A DNA stretch of 64,000 nt. It comes from Porphyridium purpureum (taxonomy: Eukaryota). Shown in pieces: positions 42,640 through 53,340 of this stretch. The notes beneath the pieces were generated by a model, which had not been told where the DNA came from, ran no database searches, and saw nothing but the letters and a program-made list of their open reading frames with translations. The DNA lies in NCBI GenBank assembly GCA_008690995.1, contig VRMN01000004.1:1178001-1242000 (forward strand), read 5' to 3'. The number at the start of each line of letters is the position of its first letter. Position 1 is the stretch's first letter. A program made the position numbers and the translations under genes.

Positions 42640-44805
42640 ATGCAGGGGGTCGGGTATGGAGGGGGTGGCCCGGGACCGGATGGAGATGGCGGCCGCACGT
42701 CAGCAATGGCGTCCATGGCGCGGTTAAACCGATGTGCGGAGTTGACTGAGCAGATTCGTGGCGAAATCGGAAACGCGGCGAAGGCCATGGAGAACAGCGC
42801 GGTGGGCAACGGGGATCTGGTTCAGAAGATGGATGAGCAAATGTGGGAGATCAACGCCATTGAGCGTGCCGTGTTTGAGCTCGAGAAGCGCAACCAGCAG
42901 ATGCGCGATCAGTATGAAAATGAACTTCACAGACTCAGGATGGAGCTGATGGCGCAGCAGCAGCAAAGTGGGGCGGGAATGCCATCCTATCCGCAACAGC
43001 AACAGCAGCCCTCTGGGCAACAACAGCAGATTAGTCAGCAGATGCAGGGCATGGGCAGTCGAGCTGGTGGCGCAATGCAGTCAGCACCGGCTGGTATGGA
43101 TGAAGAGGTTGCTACAAAGGGTGGTGCATCAAAACAAACTGGAGGCCTGAACTCGCAGCAGCAGCAGCAGACTCCAGACAAGGCGATGAGTGGCGGCTTT
43201 AGGGGTCAAGATAACCGAGGCGGCGTATTTATGTCGGGTGGGGGGCCTTCCAGCGCACCCGGAGGAGGGGCCGCTTTTGTGGCGAATCGTCAGGGCTTTA
43301 ACGGGAGCAGTGCCATGCAACTGCAGATGAGTGGTGGTGAAGGCGGCGCACCTGCACAGATCGGAATGGATACGGGCATGTCTGGGATGAGGGCGGGCTC
43401 GACTGGAAACCTCAACATGATGGCACCGCAACAAAGTGGCGGCAGTGCCGTAAATCCCATGTACATGGGAGGAAGCGGGATGCTTGGGATGGGAGCGTCA
43501 AACGCGGAAATGATGGGTCTTCATCCCTCGATGCAACGATACGATCCGCTGCGGCCTGAAAGCGGCGTAGGAGGCCCTTTGCATCATGCAGGCGGCGACC
43601 CGTCAGCGGTGGGCCGTCCCGTAGGGTTTGGTCCTGGGCCCGCCGGCGCAGGAGGCGGAATGGCCAGCGATCAGCAAGCACAGCAGCAACAGCCAGTCGG
43701 GGGATTCGGAGACGTGAACCACGACGCAGCACTTCGCGACAGTGGCGTGGTACAGGACGAAGACTACGTGGTTTACCGTGGGCGCACATCAAATGGTGTG
43801 TTAGTGAATCTGAACATCAAACTACAAAACACCATCCCACACGAATCCGTGGTGTGCTGCGTTCGGTACAGCTGGAATGGGCAGTACATTGCGACGGGCT
43901 CGAATCGGTACGCGATGATGTTTGACGCGGCAACTGGAGGACACGTCGCAACTTTTGGGAACACAGACGATGCCAATATTGGCGGAGGTGGTGATGTCGC
44001 ACCTCCCGGCAGTGATGGTGGACCTGATTCGGCATCTACCGAGAATTATTTCCGCGCAGTATGCTTCTCGCCCGATGGAAAGTATTTGGTAACCGGATCC
44101 GAGGATCGGGCCGTTCGCATTTGGGACATTCGGTCGCGCACAGTGAAGCATCGGCTGGTGGGCCACGCTACTGATATTTACTCGGTCGAAACAAGCCCCG
44201 ATGGGCGCTTTATTGTGAGCGGCAGCGGCGACAGGAATACCATTCTGTGGAGCCTGCAGTCTGGCCACAAGCTGCGCACACTCGAAGATACTGAGTTTTG
44301 TCCAGCCGATGGTATCACCTCCGTTTCTATATCGCCAACTAGCAGCCATGTGGCGGCAGGCTCGTTGGACAAGATTGTTCGCGTTTGGGACGTCGAAACC
44401 GGTCGCATTGTTCGATGCTTTGATGGGCACCGAGAGTCGGTTTACGCCGTGGCGTTTTCGCCCGATGGCCGCATGTTGCTCTCGGGCTCGCTAGACAAGA
44501 CGCTGAAGCTCTGGGATTTGTCCGCCACGCAGCAGTCAAACCAGTGTGTCACATTTACGGGGCATAAGGATTTTGTGCTTTCGGTATGCTTCAGTCCGAA
44601 TGGTCGCTGGTTGATCAGCGGAGGCAAGGACCGTACCATCCAGTTTTGGGACCCGCGCAATCCGTCCATGGCGCTGATGCTCCAAGGTCACCGCAATGCG
44701 GTCACCAGTTTGGCCCATTCTCCGTCCACCAAGTCCCTCGCGAGCGGATCGGGTGATTTGCGCGTGCGCACGTGGATCTACAATTCCAATCCAGTAAAGA
44801 CATAA
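42640..44805 (+). CDS. TUP1: Tup1-like transcriptional co-repressor (Tup_N coiled coil, Q/G-rich linker, WD40 propeller)
   Basis: RLNRCAELTEQIRGE...VFELEKRNQQMRDQYENELHRLRMEL; HESVVCCVRYS; YFRAVCFSPDGKYLVTGSEDRAVRIWDI. Confidence 0.88.
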   Translation: MQGVGYGGGGPGPDGDGGRTSAMASMARLNRCAELTEQIRGEIGNAAKAMENSAVGNGDLVQKMDEQMWEINAIERAVFELEKRNQQMRDQYENELHRLRMELMAQQQQSGAGMPSYPQQQQQPSGQQQQISQQMQGMGSRAGGAMQSAPAGMDEEVATKGGASKQTGGLNSQQQQQTPDKAMSGGFRGQDNRGGVFMSGGGPSSAPGGGAAFVANRQGFNGSSAMQLQMSGGEGGAPAQIGMDTGMSGMRAGSTGNLNMMAPQQSGGSAVNPMYMGGSGMLGMGASNAEMMGLHPSMQRYDPLRPESGVGGPLHHAGGDPSAVGRPVGFGPGPAGAGGGMASDQQAQQQQPVGGFGDVNHDAALRDSGVVQDEDYVVYRGRTSNGVLVNLNIKLQNTIPHESVVCCVRYSWNGQYIATGSNRYAMMFDAATGGHVATFGNTDDANIGGGGDVAPPGSDGGPDSASTENYFRAVCFSPDGKYLVTGSEDRAVRIWDIRSRTVKHRLVGHATDIYSVETSPDGRFIVSGSGDRNTILWSLQSGHKLRTLEDTEFCPADGITSVSISPTSSHVAAGSLDKIVRVWDVETGRIVRCFDGHRESVYAVAFSPDGRMLLSGSLDKTLKLWDLSATQQSNQCVTFTGHKDFVLSVCFSPNGRWLISGGKDRTIQFWDPRNPSMALMLQGHRNAVTSLAHSPSTKSLASGSGDLRVRTWIYNSNPVKT

Positions 44806-44925
44806 CTGCGTCGGCGCCTTTGGCCCGCGCGGAGGTAATGTGATTCTGCAAGGGGAGTGACACTTGGGCGTGCGGCGTCGCCAGCGCACGACTCTTTTAT
44901 TGGTGAGCTGGTCTGCGATATCCTT

Positions 44926-46242
44926 CTATGAGATATCACTTGGCGTCAGTCCTATGTTTCTCAAAAGTCTTTCCAGCCCAGACAGGATCTCGAAATCTTT
45001 CTCAGGCAGCTTGACGGTCTCTTCTTTGCCCAGTACAAAGGCGAAGGCGTCCAGCCAGTCCTTCGGTGATGCGGCGATGGGCGCTGCGAAGTGCGCTGGG
45101 ATAATCGACGTGAACTGCCATGCAGTGGCCACATCAAGAACAAACTCTCGCAAGGGGCCTGTGATGCGAGAGTAGACGAGCTTTCGTACAACCGGGGAAA
45201 CAACCAAACGACCGGCCAGCGCATCAAAAGAGCCTCGAGGGTTCAGCAGGTCGTACGGTCCAAAGTAGGTGGAGAGAAGCGCCATGCGCATCCAGCCCAA
45301 CTCCAGGCTCGGTTCAGGAAAATCCTCCGGCCTCGGCGGCTTCTCGACCGAACCCGTGCGAAATGACGAGTAGAATCGGTCGCTAGCGCCTTGCAACAAC
45401 GAATTCCGGTCAATAACCTCTGGCGGGCTTCGAGGAATGTGCACGACGGCGTCTGTCACAATCAAGGTCTTGGACGGCTTGTGGAAAAATGCGGCTTCCG
45501 AGTAGGGCGCGATTCCGAGCGTGGCAGGGCCAATTACCTTTTGCTCAATTTCGTCTGCCCACGGAGTCGAGCGGTCATCATTCCGCAGCTCGCCGTCTGC
45601 AAAGATACCGAAAAATGCGTTTGGAAGATTGATAGGCCAGCTCCAGCACTTGACGGTGTAAACCTTTGCGTCGGGGAACTTGCGCGAAAATGGAGCTGCA
45701 TAAATTTTGTGCTCGTACGCGTATGTACCCAAGATAATGAATTCAACGTCTCCTCCAAGTTCCTTGACAAGATTCACGCACTCCTCTGTTGGCGCAATGG
45801 GGCTGTGCACCCATAGGCCACCCGATTGCAAGCGGATTACGGTCATGACAATATTGACTGCGACAAAGGTGAACCCAAGTCCGTGCTCCTGCTCGAATGT
45901 CCACATGGTGCCCGGGATGACCTCCTTTCGCATTGTCCTTCTCTTGAAAAACGGGCGCAGCGGGAACGGAAACCCAGTGAAGTTTACGTACCATTGTGAG
46001 CCGCGTTGCTGCAGCTTCTGCATTTGCTCTGTCGCCTGACCATCCTGCCGCGGCTCCTTCACATCCATCTGAATCCCGACACGGCTTCTTACACGGCCGG
46101 AGCCCACGCAAAGACCACCAGTACCACCACTAGCCGTTCCATGTCCACCTGATCGTTTCCAGCGCGGCAGCGGCGGCTTCTCACGCACGCCTGTTCTCCT
46201 ACTCGGCGGCGCTGCCGCGGCACCCACAAACGCAAACATCAT
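44926..46242 (-). CDS. DUF4336 (metallo-hydrolase-like) protein, probably plastid-targeted
   Basis: WTFEQ; MTVIRLQSGGLWVHSPIAPTEEC; YEHK; EAAFFHKPSKTLIVTDAVV; IIPAHF; MFAFV N-terminus. Confidence 0.88.
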   Translation of the reverse strand: MMFAFVGAAAAPPSRRTGVREKPPLPRWKRSGGHGTASGGTGGLCVGSGRVRSRVGIQMDVKEPRQDGQATEQMQKLQQRGSQWYVNFTGFPFPLRPFFKRRTMRKEVIPGTMWTFEQEHGLGFTFVAVNIVMTVIRLQSGGLWVHSPIAPTEECVNLVKELGGDVEFIILGTYAYEHKIYAAPFSRKFPDAKVYTVKCWSWPINLPNAFFGIFADGELRNDDRSTPWADEIEQKVIGPATLGIAPYSEAAFFHKPSKTLIVTDAVVHIPRSPPEVIDRNSLLQGASDRFYSSFRTGSVEKPPRPEDFPEPSLELGWMRMALLSTYFGPYDLLNPRGSFDALAGRLVVSPVVRKLVYSRITGPLREFVLDVATAWQFTSIIPAHFAAPIAASPKDWLDAFAFVLGKEETVKLPEKDFEILSGLERLLRNIGLTPSDIS

Positions 46243-46922
46243 TCTCATACAAATCTTCACCAGCAGCAGCACCACCTTTATTACACATCCACGATGCTCT
46301 GGAACCAGGACGGCTCATCACCATTCCAGTTCGCCCCGCCACGCCGCGCGTCCTTCCATCACGAGTCATCCAACCACCACGAACAAGCTCCAACTTGCGC
46401 CTCGCTTCTATTCCGCTGCGTCAGTTTCACTCTCCGCCACAAAATCACAACCAGGTCACAGGAGGTACAGCCGAGTCAGCTCAACATCGAAAAGGGTACA
46501 GTGGATGTTTACGTGAACGGACTGTACACAGAAGTACTGTGTGGCATATTGCGCAGCGCCGATCTGAACGGCCAAACGCAAACGCCAGGTTCTCACACCA
46601 CCCGAGGTAGAAGCAGATCGCTGACTCGAACTGGTTCTCGCTCCGCACTAACGCAGAAGGACAACAGCGACCACGCTTCACGCGGGACTCCATCTATCCA
46701 CGAACCTGGTCTCGCCAGGCTTCTGCCAGAGCGACCGACAGTCATGTCCAACCGTCGCACGTTTCAGCCACGTTTCGTGTGGTGGCGCGCCGGTTACGCA
46801 GTAGCCGTTAAACCGTGAACCATTACGCCGCTCGGTCAACGTCACTGTACTCAAACTGTACCGGATATTTAAACATTTGAAACGCGCCTGGTGCGCGAGG
46901 ACGGGCGCGAGAGCGCGTGTGC

Positions 46923-49514
46923 ATGTTGGATAACTGGGAAGGGCAGCGTGTGACCGCCACGAGCTGCAGAATGGGAGATCGTGTCGCGCCGAGCGCGCGG
47001 ACAGTGGGCGCCGTGGCAACGAATGGACGGAGCAAGTTGGTCGCAGTGTCGCCGGGCAGCAGCGTGCAGGAGCTGTGCGCGGCGTTGCATTCGGCGCAAG
47101 CAGACGCAGCGTTGGTTCTGGATGGCGATGAGAAGGGGCAAGGCTCGGACGCAATGTGTGTGGTGACGTGTCATGATATTGTGCGCGCCATGGCGGCAGG
47201 GAAGAAGGATGTCGGGAAGCTTCGAGTGGCTGAGCTGCTTCCCGCTACAGAGGAACGGCGGCTTATTGCGTTGAAGTCTTCCCATCCGGCACTGGACGCG
47301 TTGCAGCTAATGGAGACGCAGAAACAAAAGCACGTGCTGGTTCTGGGCGATCGTGAGGATGTGCTCCAGGAGCGCCGCCGCAGCACATCGAAAATATCGT
47401 CCAGTGATTCGTCCGACCCGATTGCACTGTTGGACGCGCTAGGGTTATGCTACGATGTGCTTGCGCTTGCGCACACATCTCACAGCGCGCTACCGACAAA
47501 ACGCACCTGGCGCTTCTGGCAGTTGGCAATCTCGGCAAAGAGATCAGGTGGGGTGACCGCGGTCCCTGCTCCGTCCAAAGCGGTCGAGTCGGTCGCTTTG
47601 GACTCGCACTTTGTGGCACCGCAGGCCGATCTGGACCAAGTCTGTCGTGCGCTAGCCGCCAGCTCCTCTGGGTCGGTCATTGTCCTCAACACAAATCTTT
47701 ATCCAGATGAGATTGTGGGAATTGTGACGTGCAGTGACATTGTAAATCGCGTCCTGTGCGGCAAGAACCGTCAAAGATGCATGGCGCAAGACATAATGAC
47801 TCGCGACCCCGTTGTGATTCCGTCATCGTGCTCGCTAACGGATGCCCTTCAGCGCATGCAGGCTCAGCGCTTCAGGCACTTGCCGGTGCGTTATGCAAGC
47901 AGGCTCGAATCGAACGAAAGGTACGGAATGGTTACTGTGCTCCAGCTTGCTGTTCACACGCTCAGTGAGGCATACTCTGCTCTTGGCATTGAGGAGCAGC
48001 CCAACGTGGAGCGCGCTCACGTCCGCGCGCGCGAAAGAACCAGCGCTGGAATGGGTCACAGCGCAAGCTTCGCCGAAAAGACTCCTACACAAGAGCATGA
48101 CACGCAGAATCAGCAAAGTACTTCGTGGTGGGATATGCTTCGCAATGCAGCCACAGGCCGAGTTGAGGACGCAACACTGCCTATCGACGCCGAGAAGAAT
48201 GTGGTCACCACCAGCCTAGAGTCAGAGAAGCGTCGGAGTGCGAATATTCAGCAGGCCAAAGAAGTGGCATTCAAGATCGAGTATCCCGCTGGTGCGTTTC
48301 ATCGGTTTAAATTGAGCGAGCAGCATCTATGCATGCAGAAACTGCGCTTTGAGATTGGTCGACGGATACGAGCAGACAGCAAGAGCGACAATGCTGTGTC
48401 TGCCGCGCGGCTCAGTTACGCGGACGAGGAAGGCGACGATGTCCTGCTAGTATGTGACGAAGACCTCATGGAGTGCGCGTCGCTCGCTTCGGAACTGCAC
48501 TGGAAAGTGATCAAGCTCAAGCTCACTTTTGATACTGAGCCTGGCGCACACTGCCTGGTGCCGCCATCTGCCGACCCGGCTCAAGCATTGAACGAGTCTG
48601 CAGACGGTGTGAATAGCACCGCTCACTATCAGCTTGAAGATCTTACCGATGAACTGGACGTAGACGCTGTGGCGCCGGATTCCTCGTCGACGACTTTGAC
48701 GCCAGCGGCCGTTTCGACGACTTCAGGCGCAGCGGACGGGTCGACCGGAGACGAGCCTGCCGCGGTTGACGCCTCTTTCGCATCGGGCGATCTTGAAGCG
48801 GCGATATCTCACTACGCCAAAGTGATTGCTCGTGAGCCAAATAACTTGCGCGCGAGAAGCGGTCGCGCGGCTGCGTTGCTCATTCACGGTGACTCGGTAC
48901 TAGCCGAGGCAGACTACAAATATGTGATTGATGCGATTGCATCTGGGGCCCAGTCGCAGGATGATCAAGAGAAACACGCACATCTGCTTGATTCGTGTTA
49001 CAGCGGCCTGTCGGAGGCGCTCCTCGACCTTGGAAGATTTGAGGAAGGCTATTCTTTTGCGCTGCAAGTGCAAGACGGAGCAGTAAGCACGGCCTCAATC
49101 AATACATTTCGTGAAGAGCTGGATGCGCAGCGGGATCTGGCCACATCGGCAAAGCGTCGTGGTGATGCTTCAGATGCAATGACCTATTTCACTAAGGCCA
49201 TCCGCTTGAATGAGATTCTCGCCCGCGGCTCAGCAGCTAAAAGCAGTCATTGCGAGTGGGAGCCACAGCTCTATTTGGAGCGTGCAGAGGTTTACCTGGC
49301 TCTCGGTGACCGAGACATGGCCAGGCAGGACTTACTCAAAGTCTACCCGACACCCTTAGACTTTGACAGGAGAGCTGTCGCTCTTGCCGAGCAGCTTGAG
49401 GTTGCGGCTGTGCGGCTTCCTGAGGAACCCATAGGGGAAGCCGGGCAATCGCAACAAGAAAAGCGTGCCAAAGTTGCGGCCCTTGGCGCAATGCTTAAGA
49501 ATATTGATTTATAG
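46923..49514 (+). CDS. CBS-CBS-PB1-TPR domain protein
   Basis: CBS pairs (IVGIVTCSDIVNRVL; DIMTRDPVVI...DALQRMQAQRFRHLPV); PB1 OPCA motif LSYADEEGDDVLLVCDEDL; TPR-like AAISHYAKVIAREPNN and AMTYFTKAIRL. Confidence 0.85.
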   Translation: MLDNWEGQRVTATSCRMGDRVAPSARTVGAVATNGRSKLVAVSPGSSVQELCAALHSAQADAALVLDGDEKGQGSDAMCVVTCHDIVRAMAAGKKDVGKLRVAELLPATEERRLIALKSSHPALDALQLMETQKQKHVLVLGDREDVLQERRRSTSKISSSDSSDPIALLDALGLCYDVLALAHTSHSALPTKRTWRFWQLAISAKRSGGVTAVPAPSKAVESVALDSHFVAPQADLDQVCRALAASSSGSVIVLNTNLYPDEIVGIVTCSDIVNRVLCGKNRQRCMAQDIMTRDPVVIPSSCSLTDALQRMQAQRFRHLPVRYASRLESNERYGMVTVLQLAVHTLSEAYSALGIEEQPNVERAHVRARERTSAGMGHSASFAEKTPTQEHDTQNQQSTSWWDMLRNAATGRVEDATLPIDAEKNVVTTSLESEKRRSANIQQAKEVAFKIEYPAGAFHRFKLSEQHLCMQKLRFEIGRRIRADSKSDNAVSAARLSYADEEGDDVLLVCDEDLMECASLASELHWKVIKLKLTFDTEPGAHCLVPPSADPAQALNESADGVNSTAHYQLEDLTDELDVDAVAPDSSSTTLTPAAVSTTSGAADGSTGDEPAAVDASFASGDLEAAISHYAKVIAREPNNLRARSGRAAALLIHGDSVLAEADYKYVIDAIASGAQSQDDQEKHAHLLDSCYSGLSEALLDLGRFEEGYSFALQVQDGAVSTASINTFREELDAQRDLATSAKRRGDASDAMTYFTKAIRLNEILARGSAAKSSHCEWEPQLYLERAEVYLALGDRDMARQDLLKVYPTPLDFDRRAVALAEQLEVAAVRLPEEPIGEAGQSQQEKRAKVAALGAMLKNIDL

Positions 49515-49589
49515 GCATTCAAGGTTCACGTACGTAAACAATTGCGTCTTTTCAGATACCTTGGCTGCGAGTGAAGTCCACAAGATCAC

Positions 49590-52500
49590 TTATTTTCTTG
49601 ACCTCAGCGCAGCAAAGTGTTTGCCATACTTTCGTCGCATACTGCTCGCGGTACTTTTGGACATTCCGCCGGACCGCTGCCGAGGAGAGTTCCCCTCAAC
49701 AGCCGCTTGTTGCTGCACAAGCTCTGGTTCCGAGTACGCGAGCTGAGCGGGGGGTTGGATTTGCGCCTGTTGCCAGCCACTCATCGTTTGAGCTTCGTCA
49801 GCGTCGTTCAGCGGATCACGGAGACGAGACATCTCGTACGACATGCGCAAAATTGAATTCATATGATCCAGCTGAGCGCCGGGACTTTGTCCGATATTGT
49901 AAACCAACCCTTTGTTGCGCTCGACTGATAGTGGTGTCTCGAACCCCGCGCTGATACGGTCCCCACCGAGTGGTACCCGCGACGGTGTCATAGGGAAGGA
50001 GTGCATACCGCCAAAAGCTGAGCTAAAGTTGGGCGGCGAAAATAAGACTGAATCACCTGAGAGCGACCGCTTCAGCGTCGTGCTACCACAGAACGCTGGC
50101 GGGAGAGACTTTCCTGGACTCGCTACCGGTGGAGGCTGGTATGCCACTCCATCGTGTGCGGGACTAGGACTGCCCAGGAATTTCATAGCGCCCACCGAAT
50201 CGTGCAAGTGCTTGCCCGGTAAAGGAGGCACGGGACTGCTGCCGAACAAGCGACTGCTCGTACCCGGCAATCGCGATGCCGACATGCTCTGTCGCGCAGG
50301 AGTCTTCAGAGCCGTCTGCTGAGCAAGACGATGGCACCTTTGGATCTCGTTGCGCATCGCGGGCTCAAAGATATCTGCGTAGAATATACGCAAGGAACCC
50401 ACGGCGTCAGTGTCCTGCAACACCACGGTCTCAAGCATCGTTTGCACAAAGGACGAAGACCTGGTCGCGTCCCCGCTACTTTGGCATGTGGTTTCATACG
50501 CTTGAATCACCTTCTCCAGTGTGCCAGGCAATCCGTGCGGAGTCAACGAGTCTGGCTCGAGACATGCCGCGGCGGCGGCGGTGCAGCAAAGAAGAATTTG
50601 GTCCAGCCGCCGACCCTGCAACAAAGTGAGTTGCTCTTTGAAAACACACTTGAAAATGCTGATGGCGGTGCCTGCGATGTGATATGGTGGCACCGAAAGG
50701 TCAGATTCTCCAAATGCGACCGGGGTCACTTTCATGACGCGGCGCTTGGCGACGCGGTGCGCTGCATCCCAAATGGTATCGCGGATCGTGCGCGTCTGCG
50801 CCTCGTCACTGGGCATCAGCAAACACACCATCAGAGCGGACTGTGCCGCCCATGCGCGCGCATCGAGCAATACAGCCTCAAAGCTCGCAAGCTGCTCTAC
50901 TGCCACGCGCGGGAGTTCGAGGCAAGCATTGACGCACTTTTTGACGATCTTGCAAAAGTCGAGAGTGTCGATTTGCAGCGCGTCGACAAGCCTGAGCGCG
51001 TTGTGCGCCCCTGAATAGCTGGACAAGCACCCAGAGCCGAGAATTGCATGCACCACCTGGACAGCGATTGCAATGACCGCGCGCAGCAGGGCGTCGCTTT
51101 CGACTAGCTTGGCAAGAATACTAGCACGGACTTTCTCCGACAACGCAGTAGCCTCGTTGCACAGCATCACGATCAAGCAACGCCGCGTCATACGCGAGAC
51201 GGTCTGCCAGTGCTCTGCAAGCACCGGCATTTCAGCGTTCCCGTGTCCTTTCTCTCCTTCCCGCTCCCTCACGGCGAGCTTAGTGAGCACGCCTCGCAGG
51301 CGCTTTTCCATGGCCCGCCAAGCGCAGCAAACCGCATCATGTTGTTCCTCAGCATTCGAATCGATGCCGTTGCTAGGTGTCGTGCGGCACGAACCACATA
51401 ATACTGGGTGCAGCAGCGCGAACTGGACGTCTGACATGCGCAGTACGACCTCGTTCCGTTCCAACTTTAAGCCGCAGAATGAGTCGAGCCATTCAGACGG
51501 CGTGCACGTGGGTACGGAAGACGTGACTTTCGACATGCGCAAGAACGGCGTGTGCACCAGGTCGTGTCGCGTCGGTGATTTCCAGAGTCGCTCAGAGCCA
51601 AGATCAACAGGCGATGGGGGAAGTGACGACGCCAAAGTCGCCAAAGTTGCAAGCTGCGACGTCTCCAGGGCGTCATGCGAGACAAGTGGACTCGTGTGGC
51701 AAATACTGCGCGTCCTGTCTTCGTCTGCGCATGCTTGCGCGGCCGCTTGTGGAGAGTTGGTACAGCCGGAGTCTGTTGTAGAAGCCGATGCCATTCGGCC
51801 ATTCACATTCCTCCACAACGCTGCGACCTCAGAGAACCAATTTGAGGAAGTCATCTGGTCCGGGTTGGCAACAAAGATGCGATCGTCCACGAGCATTTGC
51901 CCCTCGTCCTGTCGCGCCCTTTCTGCCTCAAAAGAGGACGCAAACTGCAAGGTGCTCATAGCCACGGCCTGTTTGCACAGGTCCTCGTGCTCCGAAACCC
52001 ACGCGCGGCTCTTTTCGACCGCGTCACTTCCGGTGATACCCAAAGCACTGAAAAAAGCATCACACTCGCCCGCGAGCCGCAGCTCCACCCTGCGCGATTT
52101 GCGGCGGTGCTCAACGGGCGAAGCGTCCTCTGTACTCTCTGGGCACGCTTTCGCCCACACGGCGAGAAATCCAGCCATGCTATCCAGCACGTCTGATGCA
52201 ATGTCTGGGTGCTTCTGTGCCTCTGTTTTGGTCTCGCATCCTCGTGTCCCACAAGCAGGAGTGCCCGTCACCTTCAAAGACACGAGTGCGTACCGTGTCC
52301 AAGCATGCTCGACTTGTTCATGACGCGCAGTCACCACGGACGCACTCATGTGAGACACTGCGTTCTTTACCAATCCCTCGAATCGCATAAACTCGCGCGC
52401 GCGCCGCACAAACTGCTGCGCCAGTTGCTCCCGATCCAGGTCGCGCGGCGCAAGCCGTCCGTCCACCTTTTGCATTCCATCGCCACCGCCGCCAGACTCT

Positions 52501-52664
52501 TGCGCGTCCATCAGCGCCGTTTCCTGCGACGCCACACGTGCCGACGCCGCGGCACGACGCCGTCGCGGGTGATGATGGTGATGAGAAGCGCTGCTCACCA
52601 CGCACGCCGCGGCGTCACGCCCAAACGCACGCAACAGTGCGTCCTGCTTCGCTTCCACCGCCAT
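49590..52664 (-). CDS. RBR: Divergent retinoblastoma-related pocket protein
   Basis: RB-A: LDFCKIVK...LPR...LASFEAVLLDARAW..SAL. RB-B: LLQGRRLDQILLCC and GSLRIFYADIF.P. C-terminal IGQSPGAQLDHMN. Many SP/TP sites. Confidence 0.82.
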   Translation of the reverse strand: MAVEAKQDALLRAFGRDAAACVVSSASHHHHHPRRRRAAASARVASQETALMDAQESGGGGDGMQKVDGRLAPRDLDREQLAQQFVRRAREFMRFEGLVKNAVSHMSASVVTARHEQVEHAWTRYALVSLKVTGTPACGTRGCETKTEAQKHPDIASDVLDSMAGFLAVWAKACPESTEDASPVEHRRKSRRVELRLAGECDAFFSALGITGSDAVEKSRAWVSEHEDLCKQAVAMSTLQFASSFEAERARQDEGQMLVDDRIFVANPDQMTSSNWFSEVAALWRNVNGRMASASTTDSGCTNSPQAAAQACADEDRTRSICHTSPLVSHDALETSQLATLATLASSLPPSPVDLGSERLWKSPTRHDLVHTPFLRMSKVTSSVPTCTPSEWLDSFCGLKLERNEVVLRMSDVQFALLHPVLCGSCRTTPSNGIDSNAEEQHDAVCCAWRAMEKRLRGVLTKLAVREREGEKGHGNAEMPVLAEHWQTVSRMTRRCLIVMLCNEATALSEKVRASILAKLVESDALLRAVIAIAVQVVHAILGSGCLSSYSGAHNALRLVDALQIDTLDFCKIVKKCVNACLELPRVAVEQLASFEAVLLDARAWAAQSALMVCLLMPSDEAQTRTIRDTIWDAAHRVAKRRVMKVTPVAFGESDLSVPPYHIAGTAISIFKCVFKEQLTLLQGRRLDQILLCCTAAAAACLEPDSLTPHGLPGTLEKVIQAYETTCQSSGDATRSSSFVQTMLETVVLQDTDAVGSLRIFYADIFEPAMRNEIQRCHRLAQQTALKTPARQSMSASRLPGTSSRLFGSSPVPPLPGKHLHDSVGAMKFLGSPSPAHDGVAYQPPPVASPGKSLPPAFCGSTTLKRSLSGDSVLFSPPNFSSAFGGMHSFPMTPSRVPLGGDRISAGFETPLSVERNKGLVYNIGQSPGAQLDHMNSILRMSYEMSRLRDPLNDADEAQTMSGWQQAQIQPPAQLAYSEPELVQQQAAVEGNSPRQRSGGMSKSTASSMRRKYGKHFAALRSRK

Positions 52665-53101
52665 CCTTCAACCAACCGAGCGCTCAGTCCTCCGTGACCC
52701 GTCCCAACGCCCGCTCACGCACGCAAACCCGCACGTGCGGTGCTCCCTTTTCTGCGCGCACAACCTCCACGCTGCGTGTGCGTGTCGCTCTCTCTGTGGC
52801 TCTTCCTCTTCCCCCCGCCCTTCTCTCTCCCCATGCGAAGAGCATCTCGCGCCATCATCCATCGATCCTCTCTTCCCGCGCAAATTCCGGTCTTGTGTCG
52901 CCTGGTGCCTGAACGAGCGATCGCGCCTGTCTCGCGCCCGGTCGCGACGTGCTATCAGAAACACGCCGTTTGACTAGGCGAACCGCACGCGCCAACACAC
53001 GAAACGAAACAGCAACCGCGCGCGGCGTGCTATTAAAACACACGCGGTTTGCTACGCAAATCACAAACCGCCAAACCGAGCGCGTTCGGCCAGTCACCTG
53101 G

Positions 53102-53113
53102 TTTCGCGCCAAA
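53102..53113. promoter_or_regulatory. E2F binding site upstream of RBR
   Basis: TTTCGCGCCAAA (overlapping inverted E2F sites) about 440 bp 5' of the RBR ATG; TTTGGCGG on the minus strand at 53068-53075; TTCCCGCG at 52873. Confidence 0.6.
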
Positions 53114-53340
53114 AAGTACACTTCGATTCGGTAGTGTACAGCGACCCGCGGGTTTGGCATGGCAGCGCGTGCGAGCACGCGTTTGTTCGGCGAGAGAGCG
53201 GCACGCCGGCTTCGTGCCAGGTCGGGAGGCTTGGCGATGAGATATTGTGCGTGTCTGCGACATGCCTTGAGCAAGGCGGTGGGTCTTGACTGGACACGTC
53301 AAGCTAAGAGCAAAGGCCGCGGGCCGCGGGCAGCGCGCCC

